Below, one piece after another: positions 48,099 to 57,164 of a DNA stretch of 64,000 bases; position 1 is the stretch's first letter, and each line of letters begins with the position of its first letter. The notes under the pieces are model-generated. The model did no database searches. It saw nothing but the letters and a program-made list of their open reading frames with translations, and had not been told where the DNA came from. Source of the stretch: Oligoflexia bacterium (lineage in GTDB: Bacteria; Bdellovibrionota; UBA1018); contig CAVWVI010000005.1 in NCBI GenBank assembly GCA_963758495.1, forward strand, positions 96,894 through 160,893. The letters are read 5' to 3'. The position numbers were made by a program, and so were the translations under genes.

Positions 48099-49202
48099 AT
48101 GATCAATCAGACACTCAAAGGATTTATCCGAAAAGAACTAACGCAGAGTCTGCGCGACCCCAAGATGAGATTTTTTCTTTTCGTGGTGCCGGTCATTCAA
48201 TTAACCCTATTTGGGTACGCTCTCTCCACTGAGGTCAAGAATATCCGGTTAGCCGCCCATTTTGATACAAAGGATTCCGTTCTTCGCGACATCTACGAGC
48301 GAAGTATTCAGAGCAAGTGGTTCATTCCAGCCAAGACTTCCCTGACTGATCCGGCTGAAATCATTCGAAGAGGGCAAGCCGACGCAGTCCTGGTGCCACC
48401 GCCTGGAGGCTTTACGAGCACACTCGGGCACGGCGATGCCCATCTTCAGCTTTTGATCAATGCCACCAATGCGACGCAAGCGGCAGCGGTAGAAAGCTAC
48501 CTCACGGCGATCACGTCTCAGGTTGTCAAAGACGATCTCGGCAGCACGCAAGCAAAGCTCCCCATCCAATTCAACATTCGTGTCTTGTACAATCCGTCCT
48601 TGGATACGTCGATATTCATGGTGCCCGGAGTCTTATGCACGCTCATGGTGATGGCTTCTCTTACGCTTTGCATGGGTGCCATGACTCGCGAAAAAGAGAC
48701 TGGCACTTTCGAGATGCTGATATCAGCTCCAGTGAGCACTTCTGAAATTATTTTTGGAAAGACAATCCCCTACGTCCTCTTGGGAATGTGCAATTTTCCT
48801 TTTACTCTCGCGGTTGCTGTCTTTGTATTCGGAGTCCCGCTCCGTGGGTCTTTAATTTTATTGATGACTGCCGCATTATTCTTCGTCTGTACCGCAGTGG
48901 CGATTGGCGCGCTCCTTTCATCTCTCTGTAAGAATCAGCAGCAGGCGAACTTAGCCAGCTTCTTATTTATGTTTCCGGCCATCATGTTTTCTGGGCTCAT
49001 GTTTCCTACCGAAAACATACCGAAAGCTCTCAAGTTCTTGGCCTACATCGATCCATTGTCCCATTACCTGTCCATTCTAAGAAATATCATGCTGAAAGGC
49101 GGTGATCTCCAGTTTGTCTGGACGCACATCGCGTTTCTCACGGTGATCGGTGTGATAGCAGCATTTTTCAGCTTCAGGAGATTCGCAACAACATTGCAAT
49201 AG
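48099..49202 (+). CDS. ABC-2 permease (YbhR-like)
   Basis: KELTQSLRDP and REKETGTFEML motifs. Confidence 0.9.
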   Translation: MINQTLKGFIRKELTQSLRDPKMRFFLFVVPVIQLTLFGYALSTEVKNIRLAAHFDTKDSVLRDIYERSIQSKWFIPAKTSLTDPAEIIRRGQADAVLVPPPGGFTSTLGHGDAHLQLLINATNATQAAAVESYLTAITSQVVKDDLGSTQAKLPIQFNIRVLYNPSLDTSIFMVPGVLCTLMVMASLTLCMGAMTREKETGTFEMLISAPVSTSEIIFGKTIPYVLLGMCNFPFTLAVAVFVFGVPLRGSLILLMTAALFFVCTAVAIGALLSSLCKNQQQANLASFLFMFPAIMFSGLMFPTENIPKALKFLAYIDPLSHYLSILRNIMLKGGDLQFVWTHIAFLTVIGVIAAFFSFRRFATTLQ

Positions 49203-49437
49203 GAGAGCAGATGATTCAAGTCACCAAGCTAGTAAACTAGCTCAAGAAATTGGGGAGGGTCGGAGGCCATCCTAATTCTAAGAAAACCAGCCACAAAGAT
49301 TGTTCCATAATTTCTGAAATGTTATTTGGATAATTGTAGAAGCTGGTCTACTATTTTGCCAATACAGATCTGATCGAAAGCTTGATTGGCTATTTCCAAA
49401 GATCTTAATTGAATCTACCCATTATCTCGCAGATTTT

Positions 49438-50316
49438 GTGGGGGGTGCTTATAAAATTACCCGTGAAGAAGTTCTTTCAGGGGAAATTCTAAACGCCGAT
49501 GAAACCCCTCATAAAATGCTGGAGGGAGATCCGAAGAAGAACTGGGGGCTCTGGGGATTTTTAAGTATGGATCGAGGAGTCTACTTTGAAATCAGAGATA
49601 CTCGTGCTGGAGAAGTTGCTTCTGCCGTATTAGTTGATTCTATCTGCAAGTATCTCATGAGTGATGCCTATAGCGGCTATGGGAAAGCTCTCAGAGAGGC
49701 AAACGAAATCCGTAAAAAGAAGGGTCTGCTACCCATCCAGTGTCTTTATTGCAATGCCCATTCGATTCGTAAATTTAAGGAGGCGAGAGAAGTTTTAAAA
49801 CAACAAGACCTAGAGGACCCTGAATGTGAGTGGTTTGTAGCTCAGTACAAAATAATTTATGATCTTAATGAAGAGTCCAAAAATCTCCATCCTGAGGGGG
49901 TGATGGACCTCCGCAGGAAAATGCTCCCGATCTTTGAGGAGATGAAAAAGCGAGCAGGACAAATTCAAAATAGCTACTCTTCAAAGAGTAAGATGGGAGG
50001 GGCAATCTCATACCTTCTAGATTATTATGATGAATTAACTTTATTCACCACTCAATGGGATCTCCCCATAGACAACAATATTCTTGAGCGTCAATTAAGA
50101 AATCCAGTTGTTGGAAGAAAAACGTGGCTGGGCACACACTCTAAGCGTGGCGCACAAACTGCGGCAGTACTATTCACTCTTGTCGAAAGCTGTAAAATGA
50201 TCGGAGTAAATCCCAGAGAATATTTTAAGGTCCTCGTTGAAGATCTCCACCAGGGTAAAGGTCCCTTCTCCCCTTACCAATTCAAGACGCGTCAATCTCA
50301 AGCTAAAGCAGCTTAA
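49438..50316 (+). pseudogene. tnpC: IS66 transposase (TnpC) C-terminal fragment
   Basis: ADETP, SDAYSGY, CNAH and IDNNILERQLRNPVVGRK motifs; N-terminus absent. Confidence 0.85.
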
Positions 50317-50795
50317 ATCAGCCCCTTTTTAAAATTTCTATTATAAAAAATCCATTTTTTACTTCCATGTGTGCGCTGCCGACGATCTACGAAAGAAAGC
50401 ACGGGACGACCTGCCAAAAGCCACTCATTGTTTTTTTAGAAAACGAGGTCAGCACTCTCAAGCCTTTGCCAGCCTTATGCTACGGACGCGAGGAGGTGGC
50501 CTATCCAACAGTTAGGAAGGATGGATTTGTTCGCTTCGCCAACAAATATTACGCAGTGGCCGATGAGCACATAGGGAAAGACGTCGTGGTGATTGCCTCA
50601 CCCACTCAGGTCTCCATTTATGATCGCGGGAGACTATTGGAACTCTACACTCGAATGACAGGGAAAGAATCTACCCATGCAATCAAAGACCACCTCAAAA
50701 ATGCGCAATTTCAGAGATGGGAGCACCCCGATTTCAAGTTAGGGATCACCTGAATTTCATCGTAGGGATCACCCCTCGGAGCGAAGCGACGATTG

Positions 50796-51560
50796 TTACT
50801 GCGTCTCTTTAAGTTGATCAAGTTTTTTTGCTTTTATTCGTCTATAACTCTCGCCAGTAATTTTTATCTGAACAGCCATCCCCTCAATTCGGTCAATGAT
50901 TGCTTCTGAGAGAACTGGATCTGGAAGAACCTCAGCCCAGTGTTCCAGGGGTAACTGAGTAGTGACAAGAGTGGATTTCCCATAGGATCTCTCTTCTAAG
51001 ATCTCTCTCAAGTCTTCAGCCTCCAATGGATTAAATTTTCTAAGTCCAAAATCGTCAATAATGAGCAAGTCGGGCTTTGTGAGCTTTTCTTTGAATTTGA
51101 GATAGCTATGGGTACTTCTCGCAAGGATTTGTTGCTCTAGGAATGTGCTTGCCGACAGGAAGATCACCGTTTTTCCCAACTGACATGCTCTGAGTCCAAT
51201 CGCTTGGGATAGATATGTTTTACCCACGCCAGTTTGCCCGATGAGGAGCAGTGGTCGGCCATCTTCGAGCCATTTCATAGAATGTAGTTCTTTTACCTGC
51301 GTTTTCGTAATACTTCTTTTGGCTGTGAAGTCAAAGTCTTCGAAGGATGCGGATCGCTTCAACTTGGAATTCTTGATTCGGCTCTCTATTTTCTTTTTGT
51401 TCCGATGGTCTGACTCTGCTTGAAGTAAGACATCTAAAAACTCTAAGTAACTCCACCCATCCTGAGTGCCATCTGTTAGGGTTTTCTCGAGTGTGTCTGC
51501 AATTCCATTTAACCTGAGCTCAGACAATAGTTGTCTGATTTGAGTTGGACTCATAATCAT
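50796..51560 (-). CDS. istB: IS21 helper ATPase IstB
   Basis: GQTGVGKT, LLIIDDFG, AIIDRI and GESYR motifs. Confidence 0.95.
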   Translation of the reverse strand: MIMSPTQIRQLLSELRLNGIADTLEKTLTDGTQDGWSYLEFLDVLLQAESDHRNKKKIESRIKNSKLKRSASFEDFDFTAKRSITKTQVKELHSMKWLEDGRPLLLIGQTGVGKTYLSQAIGLRACQLGKTVIFLSASTFLEQQILARSTHSYLKFKEKLTKPDLLIIDDFGLRKFNPLEAEDLREILEERSYGKSTLVTTQLPLEHWAEVLPDPVLSEAIIDRIEGMAVQIKITGESYRRIKAKKLDQLKETQ

Positions 51561-51591
51561 TATTCTCCTTATTTTATTGATTGCGGCAATA

Positions 51592-53103
51592 TTAGGTTGC
51601 TACCTCAGACTTCGCATTTGCCTGGCGAAGCATGGGGTTTCCAGGCATTCTCTGGATATTAAAATCCTGAGCCTGAGAAAATTGGTGTTTCTTAAGACCA
51701 TTGAGACATTCTCGGAAGTAGGTCACTCGGATTTTTTCAAAGCGTCTCATCTGCTGAATGGCATTTATAATTCGAGGTTCTGCCAATGCCCTTCCGGAGC
51801 TTTTGATCTCCTCCTGAGCAACCCTCAGAAGTCCCTGCACTCTTCTAATATTCCCAAGTGCATTTTCATTAAATAAGTCATCCACTAAAGACCTTAGATC
51901 TGAGTGAATAAATCTTGCTTGTGATAATAGATTCTGTGGCGTAGCTTCACGATATGCTTGTGAATTAGGAGGTAAATGATCATTTTGAATCACTCTTGAG
52001 GCATGTCTTCGGTGTCTGGCGTGGATGGCTAGTCTTTGATTTTCATAAAAAATCTCAACCTGATTCTGAGTTAACTTAACTCGTACCTCTTTTCCCCGAT
52101 AAAGGTATGGCACTGAGTAAAATACTTGATCCACAGAAATGGTGGAATCAGGGTGGACTCTTGCTTTTGTCCATTCAATGGATTCAAATGGAGAATCAGG
52201 GAGAGCCTTCAGAGCCTTCTTTTCAAGAAGCTGCCAGCGCTCCAATCGAGAAGTTTTAAATCGTGTATGACTTCTTTCATTGATCTGCTTCACCACTTCA
52301 GAAAGTGCTCTGTTAATTTCATCAAGAGAGAAGAACGTGTGTCGTCTATAGTTCCACCTGAATAGTCTCATGATCAATTTCACAGCTCCTTCGACGATAG
52401 GCTTGTCCTTTGGGCGTCGGGGCCTTGCTGGAACAATTGCTGTTCCGTAATGAGTTGCCAATTCAGTATAAGCTGGATTCAGATCTGGATCATATCGGTG
52501 GGCTTTAATTACACCGTTCTTAAGGCAATCACAGACTGTAACGGCTGGGACACCCTGGAAGTGAGTGTACATTTTTTGATGGGCCAATAGCCAGTTTCGA
52601 CTCTTTTCATCTTCAGAGGCCCAGGCAAACAAATACTGACTGAAAGCCAGTGCCCCGATAAAAATATGCGCATAATGAATCTCACCTTGAGAATTGATCC
52701 ATTCAATCTTATCTCCGGCATAGTCCACCTCACATTGACTTCCGGGAGCGAAGTCCCTTAAGGTCACTGTTGCTTTGAGTAGGTGGGGAAACTTACGCTG
52801 CAGAGTCTTCCAGAAATTCGAATAACTCGTGACTGGGCTTGCCTTCTCCTCCCATATTCTTAGGAGTTCAAATCCTAGGGAAATTTCTTTAGCTATCTCT
52901 ATCCAGTCTACAAGTTCAATCCAAAGTGGGCTTTTAGCTGGACTCGCTAATTCTTCATTAGGTTGATCCATTTGGGTTCTAAGATCTGCAACTAGTGTCC
53001 TCCGACACTTCAGAGCTCGCGCTATAAACTTGTTTGATTGTCCCTCTCTAATGAGTCTTTTAATATCCTCTACACGCGCCACAGTTAATCCTTTCCGGGC
53101 CAT
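51592..53103 (-). CDS. istA: IS21 transposase IstA
   Basis: PGSQCEVDYAG, CDCLK, PARPRRPKDKPIVE and YSVP motifs. Confidence 0.95.
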   Translation of the reverse strand: MARKGLTVARVEDIKRLIREGQSNKFIARALKCRRTLVADLRTQMDQPNEELASPAKSPLWIELVDWIEIAKEISLGFELLRIWEEKASPVTSYSNFWKTLQRKFPHLLKATVTLRDFAPGSQCEVDYAGDKIEWINSQGEIHYAHIFIGALAFSQYLFAWASEDEKSRNWLLAHQKMYTHFQGVPAVTVCDCLKNGVIKAHRYDPDLNPAYTELATHYGTAIVPARPRRPKDKPIVEGAVKLIMRLFRWNYRRHTFFSLDEINRALSEVVKQINERSHTRFKTSRLERWQLLEKKALKALPDSPFESIEWTKARVHPDSTISVDQVFYSVPYLYRGKEVRVKLTQNQVEIFYENQRLAIHARHRRHASRVIQNDHLPPNSQAYREATPQNLLSQARFIHSDLRSLVDDLFNENALGNIRRVQGLLRVAQEEIKSSGRALAEPRIINAIQQMRRFEKIRVTYFRECLNGLKKHQFSQAQDFNIQRMPGNPMLRQANAKSEVAT

Positions 53104-53668
53104 CAGTTCTCTCCTTTTTAATTGAAGAGGACTATACACCCGCCTGTTTTGGCGCTCCGAGGGGTGATCCCAATAGTGAAATCAGGGTGATCCCTACGAT
53201 GAAATTGAGGTGATCCCTAACTTGAAATCGGGGTGATCCCTATAATGAAATTTTGCAAAAAGTCATGGCAAAAGCTTGAAGAGCAGAATAGAGGGCTGCT
53301 CTCACTAGCCAAAAAAATAGGGCAAAATACCGAAAAATTTGTTCGCGCAGCTCTCAGTCGTGGTGAGGGATTTGTCGATACTCGGGTCGTCTGGGGACTT
53401 CTATCGCTTGATAAAACTTATACGAAAGAAGCAATTGATCAGGCCGCAGGTATAGCCCTTGAAATGAACACCTTATCTTCGCGCCTAGTAGAGCGTCTGA
53501 TTAAACTGACACTGCAGAAATCAAAAATTAAGGAAAGCCAAAACCCACCGCAACATCGGAGGGAAGTAGCTACCGCAAAGTTCATTCGCCCTATGAGTGT
53601 TTATACTGAACAACTCAAGAGCGGCATGAAATCAACCAGCACCTAAACTCAAGAAAGGGTAAATAAAA

Positions 53669-54430
53669 ATGGATATCGAAACTATACGTTCACAACTTAA
53701 GAGTCTCAAGCTAGGCATCGCCGCAACAGAAATTGACACCGTACTGGCCAACCAAAAGAAGGCCGTGTCGTTGGGATGGCTGGGAGAACTCCTAGAGAGA
53801 GAGCTGGATGCTAGAAAAGAAAATGCTCTCAATTCCAGGATAAAAGCAGCAAAATTCCCAGAAGCTACAACTATTGATGGATTCGATTTTGCTTTTAATC
53901 CCGAGATTGATGAGACAGCGATCCGCCGTCTTGCAACTCTAGGGTTCATCCAGCAAAACCGAATCGCTCTTTTCTTGGGAAACGCTGGAACCGGGAAAAC
54001 CCATCTAGCTATCGCTATCGGGATACTCGCGGCACGGACAGGGCATCGGGTTTACTGTAGCTCAGCTAAGCGACTCCAGGCCCAGATCATCGAGGCAAAA
54101 ATGAAAAATTCCCTAGGCGATCTATTCAAAAAAATTCTCTCCTCAAAACTCTGGATCATCGATGATTGGGGCGTGGTCCATCATCCGAGAGAAGTTGCTG
54201 AGGAGATCTTTGATTTAATGGATCGCCGTAAGCACACCTCGGCCATGATTCTCACAAGTAATCGCGACGTTGAAGAGTGGCCTCAGGTCTTTGACGACCC
54301 TGTCGTCTCGAATATCACGATCGATCGAATCTTCGATCGAGCTGAAACAGTGATCTTCAAGGGGGAAAGCTACAGGCTGAAAGGAAAAATACAAATCAAG
54401 GATGTTGACCTCGAACCTACGAGGCATTAA
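53669..54430 (+). CDS. istB: IS21 helper ATPase IstB (outer element)
   Basis: GNAGTGKTHL, IIDDWG, LTSNR, IDRI and GESYR motifs. Confidence 0.93.
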   Translation: MDIETIRSQLKSLKLGIAATEIDTVLANQKKAVSLGWLGELLERELDARKENALNSRIKAAKFPEATTIDGFDFAFNPEIDETAIRRLATLGFIQQNRIALFLGNAGTGKTHLAIAIGILAARTGHRVYCSSAKRLQAQIIEAKMKNSLGDLFKKILSSKLWIIDDWGVVHHPREVAEEIFDLMDRRKHTSAMILTSNRDVEEWPQVFDDPVVSNITIDRIFDRAETVIFKGESYRLKGKIQIKDVDLEPTRH

Positions 54431-54787
54431 AAGAAATGCTGAACCGGGGGGTCCAGATTGCTGGGACGAAGAGGGGTTCAATTACCTGGGACGGGACAGT
54501 TAGAGTAAAAGCCGCCTAAGATGCTTGACTTAAACCTAAAAAAAGACTGAGATAAATCGCGAATTTTGATATTTTTAAATTTTCCACAATAACTATTTCC
54601 TTAAAAAGCTAGGCTCGCAATTTTAGCAAGCGATGTAAATTATGCAGTAATTATTTAAAAAATCAATGTAAAAAGTCATCTGAATTAAGTTTAATGAAAA
54701 TCCTTCGTACTGATGGCAATAAATTCCCAAAAATGCCTTACTACATTAGTTCTCGGAGAGCCACAGCAGGTCTACTCACGACCAATA

Positions 54788-55123
54788 TTAGCTGGCTTTC
54801 TTGTGCTGCTCTTGCTTAGACGTGAGGAGTCTACTTGCGGCTTTTCGCACGCGTATTGCCTGCTTTTCATACTGGCTCTTGCCATTTGGAAACAACAAAG
54901 ACTCCGGTGAAATGCCCAGTGCAGCTCCAATGAGCGTTGCGCGCTTTACTCCGATTTCAAGCTTGTTATTTTCTATGGCACTTAAATTAGACTCTGGGAT
55001 TCCAGTTAGCCGTGATAACTCTTTCAGAGTTATACTAAAGTTATTGCGAAACGCCTTAATCGTACTTCCTGTAGTGCTATCTGTTGGGAGAAAATCCATT
55101 AAATCTTTTAACTTTTTCTCCAT
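54788..55123 (-). CDS. XRE-HTH antitoxin (HigA-like)
   Basis: ITLKELSRLTGIPESNLSAIENNK helix-turn-helix; downstream of the RelE-like toxin. Confidence 0.8.
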   Translation of the reverse strand: MEKKLKDLMDFLPTDSTTGSTIKAFRNNFSITLKELSRLTGIPESNLSAIENNKLEIGVKRATLIGAALGISPESLLFPNGKSQYEKQAIRVRKAASRLLTSKQEQHKKAS

Positions 55124-55126
55124 ATG

Positions 55127-55441
55127 TTACTCCTTTTTCTTATAATTATGGTCTTTAGTAATTCGTACTATAATAACAGTCACAACTTGATCCTCAATTC
55201 GATAGATAATCCGACCTTTGTAACTAAAGCTGGATGATCTATAGCCTTCCCATTCTCCATATAAAGGATGATCGGCCCAAATGTCCGGTCTTTTTAATAA
55301 AGCTTCCGGTCCACCTTCTATAACAATTCTTCGCCACTCCTTGATTACTTCAAGGTCATCGCGGGTCAGGATTTTTCTCTGAAAGACCTCCGCAGCCTTA
55401 TCTTCAACTTTTACTTGCCAGAGGCCTGAACCAAGTTTCAT
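55127..55441 (-). CDS. RelE/HigB-like mRNA interferase toxin
   Basis: DHPLYGEWEGYRSSSFSYKGRIIYRI motif. Confidence 0.8.
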   Translation of the reverse strand: MKLGSGLWQVKVEDKAAEVFQRKILTRDDLEVIKEWRRIVIEGGPEALLKRPDIWADHPLYGEWEGYRSSSFSYKGRIIYRIEDQVVTVIIVRITKDHNYKKKE

Positions 55442-55480
55442 CTTACTAAAAAGAGTAACTTATTATTATTAGTAAGTCAA
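55442..55480 (-). promoter_or_regulatory. TA promoter with palindromic operator
   Basis: CTTACTAA (55442)...TTAGTAAG (55469) inverted repeat; minus-strand TTGACT-17-TACTCT. Confidence 0.6.
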
Positions 55481-55516
55481 GGTTTATAGGGTATTATGAG
55501 ACTTCGGTATCAGTTA

Positions 55517-55609
55517 CTAAATCCATTTGATTTATCAAAAGGTTTAGAAAAGAAGCTGGAAGAGTTCTTTTATTTAGTTAAGAGAAAGAAGCTCTGGCAA
55601 GTTGCCTAA
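55517..55609 (+). pseudogene. C-terminal remnant of an rve-type transposase paralogue
   Basis: LNPFDLSKGLEKKLEEFF..KKLWQVA* resembles the end of the neighbouring transposase (LNPFKLAEGMELKLSQFY..KEVA). Confidence 0.6.
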
Positions 55610-55755
55610 GGATTATAAGTCATTATTCCGGTGAGCTTTTCCCATAAGTCAATACGCACGCGAACAAAAACATTCAATAATATTAGTTATATACCTTCGT
55701 ATCAGACAATAAATAGCTGTCACCAAGGAGCGAAGCGTTAAATAGAGTAAGTTTA

Positions 55756-56946
55756 TCATGCTACCTCCTTGGCTGTTTTAATCTGTCTAATCCGTTCATA
55801 GAATTGGGAGAGTTTGAGCTCCATACCTTCAGCTAACTTAAATGGATTAAGTGATTCCTTTTCTGCTTTTAGAAGGCTCTTTTGTTCGTCTGAGAGGTAT
55901 TTGCAAGTCATAAGTCTATCATAGGGGGTCTGAGGTGCTTCGAACTTTTTCATGATTTTAGATCCTATTCGGATTTTTTCTTTTAGTTTTTGAGAAGGAA
56001 GAAAAAAATTATGAAGAGGGTTCCAATACTCGGTATAAATTTCATTCATAAGCCCAACTAAGGTCACATCTTCCAATCGATCATAACCAAAGAGCTGACG
56101 AACATGAGTGTAATTTTTCTGCTCTACGTATGCGTTGTCATTCTTTCTATAGGGCCGAGAACGGGTAAAGGTAATTGACTTTCGTCCATAATCCGAGCTC
56201 ATATAGTTTACAATTGGATTATTTAGGAATTCACTCCCAGAGTCCGTATTTACTGCTAATAATTCAAAGGGAAGCCTCTTCCTAATATCAATAAATGCAT
56301 CGCGGACATCTAAGCCTTTTTTTGAAGGAAGTGCGCGAGTTTCTGTCCAAGTGGAAGCTATGTCTGTCAGTGTTAAAGTACTCAGAAATGGCCCAGCTGC
56401 TGACGATCCGCAGTGTGAAACTGTATCAGCTTGGGTAAATCCTGGGCGATCTACTTTGTAATCTAGGGTATTGATTGGAACGCTGTTTCTAATTGCTCGA
56501 ATTCCAGAAGTGGTAGTGGAAAGGCCACGATTAACTTTATCCTTGAGGCGTAGAATAGCGATCATACGCTCTAAGGTCCCTTTGCTCATGAGTTCAAGCT
56601 TCATTCTTAACTCTATTGTAAAATCAGGATGCTCGTAACTTGGGAGCCAGTCCTTAAGTGCTGCTTTCATCCGTTCAGCAGAAATGCGCTCCATTCGAAT
56701 CCATAGGGTCTTAATATGGGGTAGGAATATCTGGGGGTCATACTCTAGCGGCCTGCCTCGTCCATCGGAACCCAGTTTTGCCTCTCTTTCTAAGGATTTA
56801 CGATTTAAGTAGCGAATAATTGTTTTGCGGTCTTTTCCAGTAATGAGGATCGCGTCGCTCAGTAGCTGAGTTTTTCTACCTTTGCCTGCATCCCAGTATG
56901 TTGTTTTTAAAGCGATGATGTATTCTAAGTAAGCCTGGTGACTCAT
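55756..56946 (-). CDS. DDE integrase-core (rve) transposase
   Basis: PGFTQADTVSHCG, DSGSEF and FTRSRPYRKNDNAYVEQKN motifs; GGAGGA RBS before ATG 56946. Confidence 0.88.
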   Translation of the reverse strand: MSHQAYLEYIIALKTTYWDAGKGRKTQLLSDAILITGKDRKTIIRYLNRKSLEREAKLGSDGRGRPLEYDPQIFLPHIKTLWIRMERISAERMKAALKDWLPSYEHPDFTIELRMKLELMSKGTLERMIAILRLKDKVNRGLSTTTSGIRAIRNSVPINTLDYKVDRPGFTQADTVSHCGSSAAGPFLSTLTLTDIASTWTETRALPSKKGLDVRDAFIDIRKRLPFELLAVNTDSGSEFLNNPIVNYMSSDYGRKSITFTRSRPYRKNDNAYVEQKNYTHVRQLFGYDRLEDVTLVGLMNEIYTEYWNPLHNFFLPSQKLKEKIRIGSKIMKKFEAPQTPYDRLMTCKYLSDEQKSLLKAEKESLNPFKLAEGMELKLSQFYERIRQIKTAKEVA

Positions 56947-57164
56947 TTGAATCGTCCTCCTTGACGATAGAAATTTAAGTAGTTCAGATGACTTAGATTC
57001 TATCACGGTGACGATTTTTGAAGTTGCCAGGCACTTCCGCCAAATCCCTACTTCAACCTTCAGTGACGGTATTTTTGCGGCGATTCGGATAACCATAAGA
57101 TACTAAAAAAACGTCGAAGCGAGTTTGCTAATTAATTAACAATAGTGCATTAATGTGATCCACT

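Larger units (their letters stand above)
50702..53257 (-). mobile_element. Complete IS21-family element nested in another IS21
   Basis: TG...CA ends; long IRs with repeated GGGATCACC/ATTTCA units; 4-bp AAAA target duplication. Confidence 0.92.
50367..54498 (+). mobile_element. Truncated IS21-family element (istA 3' part interrupted, istB, right IR)
   Basis: IstA C-terminal fragment 50367-50701 rejoins 53262-53646 in frame (HLK|KSWQKLEE); istB follows; IR-like end ...GGGACGGGACA at 54498. Confidence 0.8.

Noticed and set aside
53155-53257. Regularly spaced GGTGATCCC repeats (mirrored at 50702-50780) as a CRISPR array
   Set aside because: They are the internal repeats of IS21 terminal inverted repeats; the period is about 22-23 bp, there are no unique spacers and no cas genes.
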